A stretch of 53,028 nucleotides of DNA from Salinispira sp. (GTDB taxonomy: Bacteria > Spirochaetota > Spirochaetia > DSM-27196 > Salinispiraceae), in contig CBDDDG010000015.1 in NCBI GenBank assembly GCA_965226555.1, positions 1 to 53,028 on the forward strand. The letters run 5' to 3'. The position numbers and the translations under genes were made by a program. How positions within the stretch are numbered: position 1 is the first letter of the stretch; each line of letters begins with the position of its first letter. Of the stretch, positions 29,771 through 40,780 are shown piece by piece. Under the pieces are notes generated by a model. The model saw only the letters and a program-made list of their open reading frames with translations. It searched no databases and was not told the DNA's origin.

Positions 29771-30055
29771 ATGGAAGTATATTTTTTTAATGCTGTATCA
29801 CTCTTATTGAGTTCTTTTGTTGTAACACTTATTGCCGTTGCATATCGAGGGCGAAGACGGACAAAGGAATTTTTACTTTTTGTTATCAGTTTCCTTGGTT
29901 CTTCCTTAGGCCTGATCATTATATCCCTTTTCGATATTCATAAATTTGGAAGGGAATTATCATTGCTGCTTCAATTTATGGCGGCATTTATTACGGCAGG
30001 CATACTAATGGGTATTTTTTTATATCTCCAGATATCCGCCGATTCCGATGATTGA
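29771..30055 (+). CDS. Small three-TM membrane protein
   Basis: AAGGA RBS, three hydrophobic segments, co-oriented with neighbours. Confidence 0.65.
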   Translation: MEVYFFNAVSLLLSSFVVTLIAVAYRGRRRTKEFLLFVISFLGSSLGLIIISLFDIHKFGRELSLLLQFMAAFITAGILMGIFLYLQISADSDD

Positions 30056-30132
30056 TTGCTTCGTATAATATATATTCTGTCTACTTTGAAACTTCAGATA
30101 AACTCAGATAATTCATATAAACAAGGTTGAAA

Positions 30133-30990
30133 ATGAAAAATTTATTTCCCACGGATTCAAAAAGTCAGCAAACAGGAAAGAGCTTCGCCTATGTATACAA
30201 TATTATTCGAACACTTCGAGGCCCGCATGGCTGCCCCTGGGACAAAGAACAAAGCCCAGATTCACTACGCTCTGCAATTCTTGAAGAAGTTTATGAGCTC
30301 ATTGAAGCAATAAACAACAATGATCATGAGAATATGAATGAGGAATCGGGAGATGTTTTACTCATCATCTTACTCATCATGTATATTGAAGAACAGGAAG
30401 GATCTTCATCGGTTGATAATATGCTGCAGAATCTTGCTGCAAAGCTCATTCACCGTCATCCGCATGTTTTCTCCGACATCGTGCTGAAGAACAGTACAGA
30501 AGTCATCGCTCAATGGAAACGTATAAAGGTTCATGAAGAAGGCAGGCAATCCCCTCCTCTTCACGTTCAGAAGCATCTTCCAATAATGGAGAGAGCATAT
30601 GAATTGCAAAAGGAAGCATCAAAGAAGGGTTTTGATTGGAAGGAATACACAGAAGTAACTGAAAAGATCCATGAAGAACTTCAGGAAGTTGAAGATGTTC
30701 TCAGTGTAATTCATAGAAAACAGCCCGATGACCCTGATCTAAACGATCTGGTAAAAAACCTTGAGGAAGAAATAGGCGATCTGCTCTTTGCTGTTATCAA
30801 TCTCAGTCGAAAAGTTACAATTCATCCCGTACATGCGCTGATGCGAACTTCTCACAAATTTCTTAAGCGATTTTCATATGTGGCGAGGGAAATGGAAAAA
30901 AATCAGCTGGAAATGCATGAAGATAACATTGCTGAAATGGAAAAATTCTGGCAACAGAGCAAGAGAAATGAACATTCAGATAAAGCGTGA
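30133..30990 (+). CDS. mazG: Nucleoside triphosphate pyrophosphohydrolase MazG
   Basis: LRGPHGCPWDKEQ, EEVYE..EAI, KLIHRHPHVF, GFDW and EEIGDLLF motifs. Confidence 0.95.
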   Translation: MKNLFPTDSKSQQTGKSFAYVYNIIRTLRGPHGCPWDKEQSPDSLRSAILEEVYELIEAINNNDHENMNEESGDVLLIILLIMYIEEQEGSSSVDNMLQNLAAKLIHRHPHVFSDIVLKNSTEVIAQWKRIKVHEEGRQSPPLHVQKHLPIMERAYELQKEASKKGFDWKEYTEVTEKIHEELQEVEDVLSVIHRKQPDDPDLNDLVKNLEEEIGDLLFAVINLSRKVTIHPVHALMRTSHKFLKRFSYVAREMEKNQLEMHEDNIAEMEKFWQQSKRNEHSDKA

Positions 30991-32289
30991 ACGGCTAATT
31001 GAAATCAAAATACCCATACCAATCATTGCTGTCCACAGGCTTGATCCTCCGTAGGAAAGAAAAAGCAACGGAATGCCGGTTATCGGCATAATTCCAATGG
31101 ACATTCCGACAGTGACTGAATAGTGAAAAAAATACATCGCACAAATACCAATAGCAATGTATGTACCGATTCGGTCTCGCGCCTGGCTCGCAATACTAAT
31201 TCCCCTCATTATAATTACTGCATAAAGGACGGTTACCAGAAGGCCTCCCAGAAAACCCCACTCCTCAGCAAGAATTGAAAAGATAAAATCAGTACTTTGC
31301 TGGGGGAGAAATTGTAGATGACTTTGTGTGCCGGCAAGAAATCCCTTACCCCAGAACCCGCCGGAACCTACTGCGGTTATCGATTGAATAATGTTCCATC
31401 CAGCTCCCCGCGGATCAACATGGGGGTCGAGGAATATCAGCAGGCGCATCATCTGATGATCCTGAAGAATCGGACGAAGAAGAGGGGCCAAAAGAAAGGA
31501 GAGAATGATAATAGCAGAAAAATAGGCTATCCAGAAAAAATACTGCTTCCGTAACCGAAGGAAGGCAATTATTGATATTACTAAAATACTGATGAGAGTC
31601 ATGGCAGAAAAAATGAAAAATTGAGTATCGGTGAAAATACGAAAAAAATTAATGCTTTCTGAATAGATGTGTTGTTCCCATTCAGGAAGTACAATAAAGA
31701 TGCCGGTAAAAAAAATAGTGGCAATAAGAAAACCAAGGTAAACAGGCCGGGCACCTGCTGCGTAAAAGACGGCAATTGTTAGTGGGAGATACACAAGCGC
31801 TGTACCAAGATCCGGTTGTAAGAGTACAAGTATAATCGGCAGGGCCATAATCATTAATCCCTTTAGCAATCCCCTAATACTTTCAATTTCCTTTGAATTT
31901 GCCTTTTCCAGATAATGCGCCAGCATCAGAATGAGTCCGATTTTCATAAATTCCGATGGTTGAATACCAAATGAAGCAAAGCCCAGCCAGCTTCGTGCGC
32001 CATTAACCACAGTTCCTGCAAAAAGCGTAAATAATAATAGCACTCCAAGCAGGATATAAAATATTGGAGCAACATCATAGAATACTGAATGCTTCATAAA
32101 TGATATCCCAACCATAAAAATCAGCCCCGTCCCTGCCCATACAATTTGCCTGAGATACTCATCACTACTCTGAATCCCTTCAGCATTTACTCCTGAAGAG
32201 TAAATGAACAAAATGCCAATAATGATCAGAGCAAGTGTGGTGAAAAAAAGAATATAGTCATACTGAGGTACTTTGCTTCGCTGCATCAA
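30976..32289 (-). CDS. rodA: Rod shape-determining protein RodA
   Basis: GARSW, IQPSEFMK, LQPDLGTA, QS..AVGSGG..GKG, TDFIF..LAEEWG and SYGGSS motifs. Confidence 0.96.
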   Translation of the reverse strand: MMQRSKVPQYDYILFFTTLALIIIGILFIYSSGVNAEGIQSSDEYLRQIVWAGTGLIFMVGISFMKHSVFYDVAPIFYILLGVLLLFTLFAGTVVNGARSWLGFASFGIQPSEFMKIGLILMLAHYLEKANSKEIESIRGLLKGLMIMALPIILVLLQPDLGTALVYLPLTIAVFYAAGARPVYLGFLIATIFFTGIFIVLPEWEQHIYSESINFFRIFTDTQFFIFSAMTLISILVISIIAFLRLRKQYFFWIAYFSAIIILSFLLAPLLRPILQDHQMMRLLIFLDPHVDPRGAGWNIIQSITAVGSGGFWGKGFLAGTQSHLQFLPQQSTDFIFSILAEEWGFLGGLLVTVLYAVIIMRGISIASQARDRIGTYIAIGICAMYFFHYSVTVGMSIGIMPITGIPLLFLSYGGSSLWTAMIGMGILISISRSRFI

Positions 32290-34145
32290 AGAGTATCTCT
32301 GTTTTCAGCGAGAATACCGGGAGGTAAATACCAGAGTGGCTGTAAATCCTGCACTGTCTCTTCAAAAGTGAGCCCATGTGTAATACCATGCATGATAATA
32401 TTTGCTGCCTTGGGAGCCCACCATTCCCATTCATTAGAGCTATCGACCCAGACAGTAATGACATGGCCATCATCGTGATTATCTTCATCACTTCCGAGGT
32501 ATGCGGTAAACCATGAATGTAAATCATCCCCCTGTGCTTCCGCTGTACCGGTCTTACCGATTATCTGTTGCGGATTATCCGTAATAACATCACGCGGCGT
32601 ACCAGATGTAATAACCATGCGCATGGCTTTGCGAACCTCTTCAAAGACCCTGTTGTCAATATCAAGATCACGCAGTATACGCGGTTCTATCTCGTTAATG
32701 AGTTTCAGGCTGGTCTGGTTCCGCACTTCCTTGAGAATATGCGGTTGATATATAATTCCATCGTTGACGACCGCCGCAGTTACATTCGCTAACTGGAGAG
32801 GTGTTATTGTCAAATATCCCTGTCCTATGGAAAAATTAATAGTGTCTCCGGTATACCATTGCTCCCCATATGTTTTCTCCTTCCATTCAGGACTGGGGAC
32901 GAAACCTGGAACTTCACCGGGAAGATCAATACCACTTACAGTTCCCATGCCAAATTTCAGAGAATTATCAACAATGTTTTCAATTTCCAGATGATCCTTG
33001 CCAAGGGTATAAAAATAGATATTACAGGATTCTGCAAGTGCCTGATAGAGGTTGACATGTCCATGACCATTTTTATCGTGGCAGTGAAACCATCGGTCAA
33101 CAACGAAAATGGAACCTGCGCAGTACACGGTTTTCAGAGGATCAAATGGTAGGGCATCAAGCGCCGCAACGCTCATAAGTACTTTGAATGTCGATGCGGG
33201 GCTCGCAGTCGATTGAATCGTTCGGTTGATCAGCGGGGAACGGGGATCATTTTGAATGCTCACTATTTTCTGTGTCCCTCCATCGCTCGTGAATATATTT
33301 GGATCATAGTCGGGATAGCTTGCGAGGGCAATTATCTCTCCGGTCGATGGTTTCAATATAACTACTCCGCCTGTTCTCTCACCGAGCGCTTTTTCCGCAA
33401 GCAGTTGAATGTGTCTATCGATGGTGAGTACAAGGCTGTTACCGAGAACCGGCGGAATATCCTCCAGTTCCCCTACGCGTGTTCCGCTCGCATCAACACG
33501 GCCGTAATTCAGTCCGTTTCGACCGCGAAGGATACCATCATATTGCCGTTCTATGCCTGTTTTGCCAATTTCTAGGGCACTGCTGTACCCTTGATTATAG
33601 AGAATCTGCAATTCTTCTGGACTAATTTTACCGGTATAGCCAAGCACATGCGTCATCAATGCGCCGTTCGGATAGTATCGCGCCGGTCGGGATTCCCAGC
33701 TGATACCGGGAAAATAAATAATACGTTCAGCAATATCCGCAATTTGCCGGTATGTCGCACGGCTCCAGATTTCACGGATTGACTGAGCGCCGTTTTTTTC
33801 GGGAGATATTCGAGACCACAAATACTCTGTGTCGGTATTCAGTACCTGTGCAAGTCGACGAATGAGATTCTGCAGAGCGTCGCTGGGAACCGCAGCAAGA
33901 TCAAGACTGACCGCAAAAACATCAATGTTGGTTGCCAAGGGTTGATCAAAATTACGATCAAAAATCTCTCCCCTTCGAGTCAGCAATATTTGCTCCCGTC
34001 GGGAAATTTCATCTGCCTGACGGCTATATATATAATTATCAATAACCTGTATCGAAAAAAGCCGAGCGGTATAGATGCACATGATAATTGTTATGATACA
34101 TATAAAAATAATCTTTTTCTGTATTGTCAGTATTCCATTATTCAA
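32286..34145 (-). CDS. mrdA: Penicillin-binding protein 2
   Basis: RGEIFDRN; SxxK (STFK), SxN (SCN) and KTG motifs; located between mreD and rodA. Confidence 0.95.
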   Translation of the reverse strand: MNNGILTIQKKIIFICIITIIMCIYTARLFSIQVIDNYIYSRQADEISRREQILLTRRGEIFDRNFDQPLATNIDVFAVSLDLAAVPSDALQNLIRRLAQVLNTDTEYLWSRISPEKNGAQSIREIWSRATYRQIADIAERIIYFPGISWESRPARYYPNGALMTHVLGYTGKISPEELQILYNQGYSSALEIGKTGIERQYDGILRGRNGLNYGRVDASGTRVGELEDIPPVLGNSLVLTIDRHIQLLAEKALGERTGGVVILKPSTGEIIALASYPDYDPNIFTSDGGTQKIVSIQNDPRSPLINRTIQSTASPASTFKVLMSVAALDALPFDPLKTVYCAGSIFVVDRWFHCHDKNGHGHVNLYQALAESCNIYFYTLGKDHLEIENIVDNSLKFGMGTVSGIDLPGEVPGFVPSPEWKEKTYGEQWYTGDTINFSIGQGYLTITPLQLANVTAAVVNDGIIYQPHILKEVRNQTSLKLINEIEPRILRDLDIDNRVFEEVRKAMRMVITSGTPRDVITDNPQQIIGKTGTAEAQGDDLHSWFTAYLGSDEDNHDDGHVITVWVDSSNEWEWWAPKAANIIMHGITHGLTFEETVQDLQPLWYLPPGILAENRDTL

Positions 34146-34648
34146 TTGTTACTTCTCCGTTTTTTCGCGATAATACTGTCCAGAAAACGAAAAATTGAAA
34201 ATATAATTGGAGCCAATACGAGGGTATATACATTATGAAATACATAGTTTGGACCAAAAACATTCGAATATAGCGTAATCTGTTGAAATATACCTGCCAG
34301 TATGAAAACACTTACCTCCTTAACGAGAAGCGCCAGAAAAGTTAGCAACACAGGAGCGAGAATGGATTCTGAGTACATATTTTTTTTCATCGTACCGGCA
34401 AGAAAGCCTATGAGGGTTCCAATACATGCAAAAAAACCAAGCGGCGCTTCACTGAGAAAATCCATACTCAATCCGGCAGTTAAACCGATAAACTGTCCAC
34501 ATAATTGCCCTCTGCTATTTGCATAGTATAAAATGCCAATCATTGCAAGTTCAGGATAGGTTCCATTAATAAGTATGATTGGCTGAAATACGGTTTGCAA
34601 TAAGACAAGAAAAATTGGAACTATAACTGCAAAAATATACCAGAGCAT
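34142..34648 (-). CDS. mreD: Rod shape-determining protein MreD
   Basis: Hydrophobic protein with P.L......Y and G...D..S..PLG motifs; synteny. Confidence 0.9.
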   Translation of the reverse strand: MLWYIFAVIVPIFLVLLQTVFQPIILINGTYPELAMIGILYYANSRGQLCGQFIGLTAGLSMDFLSEAPLGFFACIGTLIGFLAGTMKKNMYSESILAPVLLTFLALLVKEVSVFILAGIFQQITLYSNVFGPNYVFHNVYTLVLAPIIFSIFRFLDSIIAKKRRSNN

Positions 34649-35499
34649 TACTCGTCTAATCCGTCAGTAAGCAAAACGAAAACATGTTCGAGACGTGTGA
34701 AATTAATAAATGGGCGTATATCTAATTCAAGAGATGCTGCATAGGATGTGGATGATATTGAATTCACTGTTCCAATCAGAATGTTGGGAGGATATAGGGA
34801 TTGTAGCCCTGCAGTAATAACTTCATCACCTACCGAAATCTCATTCCGTGAGTTACGGTCAAGATATTCCATAATAAGATCCTGCGGATCACCCTGAGCA
34901 CCTCGCAGCAATCCCTCATAACGTGTCTTACTCAAGCGCGCGGACACAAAACTTTCAGGATGAATGAGGGGGCGAATACGCGCAGAATTCCAGCCAATTT
35001 CGACAACATGCCCAATTAATCCTTCATAACCATCCTGAAAGGCAACAACCGGCATACTAGGTTTTATTCCATGCCTGTTTCCCTTGTTGATGAGAAAGCT
35101 TGAAAAATGAACTCCAGGATCTTTTCCGATAATTTGGGCAGGAAGATGGGGATGGCTGAGAAATTGTGAATATTCAAGAAGCTCCCGAAGATAGTGGTTT
35201 TCTTTTTGCAGGAGTTCCAGATTTTGAAAATCACCTCTTTGTTCGTCAAAGCGTCTGAGTAGTTCGTTATATTCTGTATGGAGATCGCGTAATTCATTAA
35301 TAGAATTAACAGTATTAACAAAAAACCTTTCAATAGTATGCAGAATATCAACACCGTACATACTAACATTCATACCGATCTTCTGAGGTACCTGTGTTGC
35401 CGTACTATTTTGAAGAATCAACAAAAGAAAACACAAGGCGAGAAGAATAATAAGAGTAACAAAACTACGATTTTTTATAATAAACAAAGACAGATGCAT
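34648..35499 (-). CDS. mreC: Rod shape-determining protein MreC
   Basis: TM segment, coiled coil EN..LRELL, INKG...GIK..MPV and GDEVIT.G....YP motifs. Confidence 0.93.
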   Translation of the reverse strand: MHLSLFIIKNRSFVTLIILLALCFLLLILQNSTATQVPQKIGMNVSMYGVDILHTIERFFVNTVNSINELRDLHTEYNELLRRFDEQRGDFQNLELLQKENHYLRELLEYSQFLSHPHLPAQIIGKDPGVHFSSFLINKGNRHGIKPSMPVVAFQDGYEGLIGHVVEIGWNSARIRPLIHPESFVSARLSKTRYEGLLRGAQGDPQDLIMEYLDRNSRNEISVGDEVITAGLQSLYPPNILIGTVNSISSTSYAASLELDIRPFINFTRLEHVFVLLTDGLDE

Positions 35500-35505
35500 G
35501 GAATT

Positions 35506-36543
35506 CTATAAATTAATACTATCTCGTTTTTTCTTCCGGGCAATGAGGGCCTGCTGACGAGTCTGGAAATACATGCCGGCTCCGATAGCAACGCAATACA
35601 GCGGATTTTCTGCGCGAAAGGCAGGAACGCCGGTTTCATTCGAGATGAGAGAATCGAGTCCCTGAAGAAGGCTCCCGCCTCCAGTCATGACAATGCCCCG
35701 CTCAACAATGTCCGCCGCAAGTTCCGGAGGCGTTTGCCCAAGCGTTTTTTTTATTTCTTCAATAACCGCCGTTATTGATTCATGGAGAGCTTCACGTACT
35801 TCAACTGAGTCGAGCTCAAGGCGTCGGGGAAGCCCGGTAATGGCATCTGTTCCCTTTATTTCCATTTTTTCGATGGTCTTATTGGGAATGGCATTGCCAA
35901 TGGTAACTTTCAGTTCCTCAGCAGTTCGTTCTCCAATTATCAAATTATGAGTCTGCCGCACATATTTGATAATGCATTCATCAAATTCATCGCCTCCAAG
36001 ACGAATAGCATTTGTAACAACCATTCCATTAAGAGAGATTACAGAAATTTCGCTGGTTCCTCCGCCAATATCAACAATCATATGACCTGCTGGTTCATGA
36101 ATGGGAATGTTTGCCCCAATGGCTGCCGCAAGCGATTCTTCAATGACTTCAATTTCCCGCGCGCCCGCATTATAGGCCGATTCTTCAACAGCCCGCTTCT
36201 CAACATCGGTAATGCAGCTTGGCACACCAATAACCATTCGAGGTTTTATAAAAAATTTTCGGGGTAATACTTTATTGACAAAATAACGAATCATCTTTTC
36301 AGTTGTTTCAAGATCAGCGATTACACCATCGCGCAGCGGACGAACTGCAACAATATCACCAGGTGTTTTCCACAACATACGTTTGGCATCTTCGCCCACA
36401 GCGACTACTTTTTTTGTATTCTGTTCGACTGCAACAACAGATGGTTCGTTTGCAACAATACCCTTTCCGCGAATGTAGACAAGGGTATTACATGTACCAA
36501 GATCTATACCAATATCATTATTGAAATTTTCTAAAAAACTCAT
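35506..36543 (-). CDS. mreB: Rod shape-determining protein MreB
   Basis: [32 protein letters not shown] and GGGSLL motifs; GGGAG RBS before ATG 36543. Confidence 0.98.
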   Translation of the reverse strand: MSFLENFNNDIGIDLGTCNTLVYIRGKGIVANEPSVVAVEQNTKKVVAVGEDAKRMLWKTPGDIVAVRPLRDGVIADLETTEKMIRYFVNKVLPRKFFIKPRMVIGVPSCITDVEKRAVEESAYNAGAREIEVIEESLAAAIGANIPIHEPAGHMIVDIGGGTSEISVISLNGMVVTNAIRLGGDEFDECIIKYVRQTHNLIIGERTAEELKVTIGNAIPNKTIEKMEIKGTDAITGLPRRLELDSVEVREALHESITAVIEEIKKTLGQTPPELAADIVERGIVMTGGGSLLQGLDSLISNETGVPAFRAENPLYCVAIGAGMYFQTRQQALIARKKKRDSINL

Positions 36544-36569
36544 TTTTACTCCCAATTTCTATGCACTTA

Positions 36570-36638
36570 GAAACTTTTGCATTCTCCCATTTTGCAGAAC
36601 ATTTTGCTACTGAAAATTTTGCATTTTACAAAATTTTC
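36570..36638. repeat. Degenerate variant of the palindromic element
   Basis: Begins GAAACTTTTGCATT (the family terminus), contains repeated TTTTGC units and ends CAAAATTTTC. Confidence 0.55.
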
Positions 36639-36671
36639 CATACTTTTTTTAATGCGGAAGAATGGATCGTA

Positions 36672-37601
36672 CTAGGAATTGAGCCGTTCCAAAGCCGGAG
36701 TGAAGGTGTTGTCCCGATTATAGGCAGCTCTCCAATTTGCCCTAGCCTTAATGAGATCGTTCTCCAAAGCATATATTTCCCCTAGGTAAAAGTATGCCTC
36801 TGCAAGCTGGGTATTATCGTCAATGAGCTTTTGAAATATGTCTTTTGCCTGATCAAAATTTTCCAGCTTGAAAAGAATTCGAGCCCTGCCGATGAACGAT
36901 TTCTGGATGAGTATGTTATCAATGGTATTATCAAGGCAGAGTTGATAATGCAGCAGCGATTGATCATAGTTTGAAATATCTTCATACGCATTCGCAATTG
37001 TATAGTACAAAATATCTTTCGGGTCATTTTCAATAGCCTTGAGCAAATATTCAATACCCGCCTCCGGCTGTTCTGTTTCAAGATATATGACTCCCAGATA
37101 TTCTGGTATATCATTGGCATCTAAAGATGCCTGTGAAGCGCGCGTGAGATATTCACTGGCAAGATCATAATAAAAGGGTCCCTTGTAAAAATATATTTTC
37201 CCAAGAATATAATGAATTCTGCTTTCATAACCGATCGGAGGAGCGTACAGTAATTTTCTTAATGAATAAAGGGCATTATCAAGATTAAAAAGCTGTTCAT
37301 CAGTATTTACCTGAGAAAGAGCAGAATAAAAATATGATACGCCGTTATAAAACAGATAATTGGAATTGAGCGGTTCAGAATCTAGAAGGGTATCTGTCAG
37401 ATCAGCAACCTCACTATAATTTCCATTTTCCCAGAGTGTGAGTAGTTGAGATGTTGTTCTGTCTGGAACAATGGTATTTGAAATGAGGAGAATGAAAAAT
37501 AATACAACTACACAAACAGTTACAAAAATAAAAGAAAGAATAATTTTCGGCCCAGAGCGTGGAAGGCGAAATCGTGAATAATGACTATTTTTTGATCGCA
37601 T
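36672..37601 (-). CDS. Membrane-anchored TPR protein
   Basis: N-terminal TM segment and multiple TPR motifs (e.g. AEAYFYLGEIY...AR.NW..AY). Confidence 0.85.
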   Translation of the reverse strand: MRSKNSHYSRFRLPRSGPKIILSFIFVTVCVVVLFFILLISNTIVPDRTTSQLLTLWENGNYSEVADLTDTLLDSEPLNSNYLFYNGVSYFYSALSQVNTDEQLFNLDNALYSLRKLLYAPPIGYESRIHYILGKIYFYKGPFYYDLASEYLTRASQASLDANDIPEYLGVIYLETEQPEAGIEYLLKAIENDPKDILYYTIANAYEDISNYDQSLLHYQLCLDNTIDNILIQKSFIGRARILFKLENFDQAKDIFQKLIDDNTQLAEAYFYLGEIYALENDLIKARANWRAAYNRDNTFTPALERLNS

Positions 37602-37609
37602 ATACTATT

Positions 37610-37638
37610 AATGTAGATATCAAAAGCAGTATTGTCAA
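37610..37638 (-). promoter_or_regulatory. Putative sigma70 promoter for the TPR-mreBCD-mrdA-rodA genes
   Basis: Minus strand TTGACA-17 nt-TACATT, ending 9 nt before the ATG. Confidence 0.55.
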
Positions 37639-37643
37639 TAAAA

Positions 37644-37968
37644 CATGCAGACCGGTAAGCCGGGTTCTGTTATGAATGCCATCTATCTTGGACGTACATA
37701 CGTCTCCTGCAACCTACCCGCAGAAAATCCGGGATATCCGGATACATACTGCTGCTTGGTTTTGCTCCTGACAAGGTTTACCATGCCGACAGGATTTCCC
37801 CGCCGCGGTGGGCTCTTACCCCACCATTTCACCCTTACCCCAATTGAGGCGGTTTTTTTTCTGCTGCACTTTCTATAAAGAGTATTTTCCGGGAATTAGC
37901 CGGTGTCAATTACTGGAGCCCGGACTTTCCTCTGCGCTTTTCAGCACAGCGGCATTCCGATCTGCATG
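37644..37968 (-). ncRNA. rnpB: RNase P RNA (bacterial type A)
   Basis: Minus strand GAGGAAAGTCCGGGCTC...GGTAAACC...ACAGAACCCGGCTTA; P1 formed by CATGCAGA / TCTGCATG. Confidence 0.96.
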
Positions 37969-37972
37969 CACA

Positions 37973-38890
37973 TTATACATCATCATCAATATCATCGTCG
38001 CTGTTGTTATTAATGCCATCTTCAGCAATAGCATCATCGTTACTACTGAGTTCATCCTCTTCATCCTCATCGTTTTCTTCAGTCTCATCGGCAAAAATAT
38101 CATCCTCAATTTCATCAAAATTGTCATCTGGTATATCATCACCAAATAGAGATGTATCAAAATTGATACTAACTTCTCCGGAATCGGGTTGAAAATAGAG
38201 TATCATTGAGCAGTACGGGCAAAAATGTATTTTTATTTCTGCCTTAACTTCGTTTACGAATTGGGTCGGGAGGATCATATTACAACCGGAACACACAGAA
38301 CTTCGGAGTGGAACAATCCCCTGCCCTCCCTTTGAGCGGATGATTCGTTTGAATTTAAATATTATCTCCTTGTCCATTTCAGGTGTTATGTCTGCTGCAA
38401 GTTTGTCAAGTTCATCAAGCTGTTCTTGGCGTTTTTCGGTTTCGGTGTAAATTTTTTGCTGTTCTGCTTCAAGTTCTTTTGTCTGCTCGGTAATAAGAGA
38501 TTCTTCACTTTCAATTGTCTGTTGTAATTCATCGAGAGATTTTTCTTCTTTCTGCACCTCTTTACGCATATCCTGCTCTCTTTCCGAGGCAAACTGAATA
38601 TCCTTAACAAGAGTTTCGTATTCTCGCTGTGTATTAATACTTCCCATTTTCTCTTCAAGTTCTTCGCGTTCGTGTTCCGCATCGTCCATCTTTATTCGGA
38701 GTTCGCCGAGAGTTTTCTTCCCGCTTGTCAGTCGATCATTATGATCAATGTATGACTGTTTTAAGCGGCTCACAAGTTCTTCCTTTGTGCTTAAAGCCTT
38801 CGGAATTTCCTTTAATTCATTTTCAATTTGATATTTTTGCGCAAGTATTTCCTGTAATTCCTGCAGCTTGTGCAATGTATCCTGAATCAT
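37973..38890 (-). CDS. Coiled-coil C4-type zinc ribbon protein (DUF164/CT398-like) with acidic tail
   Basis: Long coiled coil, then CSGC...CPYC and a D/E-rich C-terminus; lies between rpoD and rnpB. Confidence 0.9.
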   Translation of the reverse strand: MIQDTLHKLQELQEILAQKYQIENELKEIPKALSTKEELVSRLKQSYIDHNDRLTSGKKTLGELRIKMDDAEHEREELEEKMGSINTQREYETLVKDIQFASEREQDMRKEVQKEEKSLDELQQTIESEESLITEQTKELEAEQQKIYTETEKRQEQLDELDKLAADITPEMDKEIIFKFKRIIRSKGGQGIVPLRSSVCSGCNMILPTQFVNEVKAEIKIHFCPYCSMILYFQPDSGEVSINFDTSLFGDDIPDDNFDEIEDDIFADETEENDEDEEDELSSNDDAIAEDGINNNSDDDIDDDV

Positions 38891-38905
38891 AATATCCTCT
38901 TTATG

Positions 38906-38959
38906 GAAACTTTTGCATTGGAAAATTGTGCTTGCACAATTTCCAGTAGCAAAACTTTC
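38906..38959 (-). repeat. Dispersed 54-bp palindromic element, copy 4
   Basis: GAAACTTTTGCATTGGAAAATTGTGCTTGCACAATTTCCAGTAGCAAAACTTTC, between rpoD and the zinc-ribbon gene. Confidence 0.92.
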
Positions 38960-38980
38960 TTATATATATTGTATACATGG

Positions 38981-40768
38981 TCATGTGTTAAGATAATCCT
39001 TCAGTTTGCGGCTTCTTTTTGGATGCCGTAAGCGCCGAAGTGCCTTTGCTTCTATTTGCCGTATTCGTTCCCTTGTAACATTAAAGTACAGGCCCACCTC
39101 TTCAAGGGTAAGACTATATCCATCATCAAGTCCAAAGCGCATCTTCAAAACTTCCTGCTCCCGTTCAGGAAGTGTATGGAGCACAGTAGTTAATTGCTCC
39201 TGCAAAAGCGTGAATGCTGTTTGATGAGCGGGATTTTCCACATCCTTATCTTCAATAAAATCTCCAATGTGGCTGTCATCTTCTTCACCAATGGGAGTTT
39301 CCAGAGAAATTGGCTCGCGGGCAACATTTTTAACCGATTTTATTCGATTTACTGTCCAACCAAGACTCTCAGCAATTTCTTCATTACTTGGCTCACGCCC
39401 AAAGAGTTGCAGGAGATGCCGGGATTCCCGTACAACCTTGTTAATTTGCTCTATCATGTGAACAGGAACCCGGATTGTCCGTGCCTGATCAGATATGCTG
39501 CGGGTAATCGCCTGCCGAATCCACCATGTCGCATATGTGGAAAATTTGTAACCTTTTCTATATTCAAATTTTTCAACAGCCTTTATTAAACCAATGTTAC
39601 CTTCCTGAACAAGATCAAAAAAATGGAGTCCTCTGTTGGTATATTTTTTTGCTATACTCACAACCAAACGGAGATTAGCCTTTATCAGGCAATCCTTTGC
39701 ATTCTGCATCATAACCCTGCCGCGTTCAATTTCGGCAGCCATTTTCAAAATTTCTTTAATCGTATGTTCAAATTCCAGCTCAAAACTATGCTTTTTTTTC
39801 TCTGTAACCTGAACTTCCTGAATTAAATCTTTTATTTCCGCAATGCTCAGCCCCAGTTCATTTTCAATACTCTGAGTATCTTCCCGAACTGTCAATTTCC
39901 TGCCGAGGGTACGAAGCTCACGTATGCTGGATACCTGTAAATGCTGTTCGTTTCGGGCAATGTTTCGTTCATAGCCGCGTATCTTTTTGGCTGTCACAAT
40001 AAATTTTTCTGAAAAATTGAGTATTTCCTCCTGTTGTAAGGTAATTCGGGAAAGAGTATTCACAAATTTCACGCGTTTTTCAGAGAGTTCAGGATCCTTC
40101 AGTATATCAATTCCTTTCGAAATCAACTTTTTCTTGAGTTCAATATACAATTTCAAGTCTTCTATGACAAGTTTCAATGGTTCTCTATAGCAATGGTTCA
40201 GCCGCTGTCTTTCACGAAGATATTCTGATATTTCTTTTTTCGTTAAATTCATTTCCCGCGGGTCTTTTTTGCTGAAGGCCCTGGCCGCCAAATTGAAGAA
40301 TTCAGGTATGATCATGCCGGAATTGGAGATAATTTCTTTTATGAGATTTTCACCGTCTTCCATCTTTTTGGAAAGCTTAACTTCCTGTTCGGCGATAAGA
40401 AGGTTTTCTTTGCCAATTTCCCGTAAATAGAGTTTGATGGGATCATCAATGGGAGCATCGCTCTGATAGAGTTTTCGATTTTTTTCGTTATCGTCTTTTT
40501 TTGATGCTTGAGTATTACGGAATTTGGATGCCGGAGGAGAAGATTTTTCCTGCGGGGGGTTTGCTTCCAGATCTTCGGTTTGGGCCTGAACTTCCTCTGA
40601 AAGACGGATATTGTGCCTATTGAGGGTAACCATAACACCATCAATATTTTCCGGCGTTACAAGTTCCGGGGGAAGAAGTTCATGTACTTCATCATACGAA
40701 ATAGTACCCTTTTCGCGAGCAAATTCGAGGAGTTTCTTCATTGCAGTATCATTTTGAATATCTGACAT
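38981..40768 (-). CDS. rpoD: RNA polymerase primary sigma factor
   Basis: [40 protein letters not shown] and [19 protein letters not shown] motifs. Confidence 0.99.
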   Translation of the reverse strand: MSDIQNDTAMKKLLEFAREKGTISYDEVHELLPPELVTPENIDGVMVTLNRHNIRLSEEVQAQTEDLEANPPQEKSSPPASKFRNTQASKKDDNEKNRKLYQSDAPIDDPIKLYLREIGKENLLIAEQEVKLSKKMEDGENLIKEIISNSGMIIPEFFNLAARAFSKKDPREMNLTKKEISEYLRERQRLNHCYREPLKLVIEDLKLYIELKKKLISKGIDILKDPELSEKRVKFVNTLSRITLQQEEILNFSEKFIVTAKKIRGYERNIARNEQHLQVSSIRELRTLGRKLTVREDTQSIENELGLSIAEIKDLIQEVQVTEKKKHSFELEFEHTIKEILKMAAEIERGRVMMQNAKDCLIKANLRLVVSIAKKYTNRGLHFFDLVQEGNIGLIKAVEKFEYRKGYKFSTYATWWIRQAITRSISDQARTIRVPVHMIEQINKVVRESRHLLQLFGREPSNEEIAESLGWTVNRIKSVKNVAREPISLETPIGEEDDSHIGDFIEDKDVENPAHQTAFTLLQEQLTTVLHTLPEREQEVLKMRFGLDDGYSLTLEEVGLYFNVTRERIRQIEAKALRRLRHPKRSRKLKDYLNT

Positions 40769-40780
40769 ATAAAGCCTCCC

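Noticed and set aside
37645..38160. ORFs overlapping rnpB and the acidic tail of the zinc-ribbon gene
   Set aside because: Explained by the RNase P RNA and by low-complexity D/E codons read in other frames.
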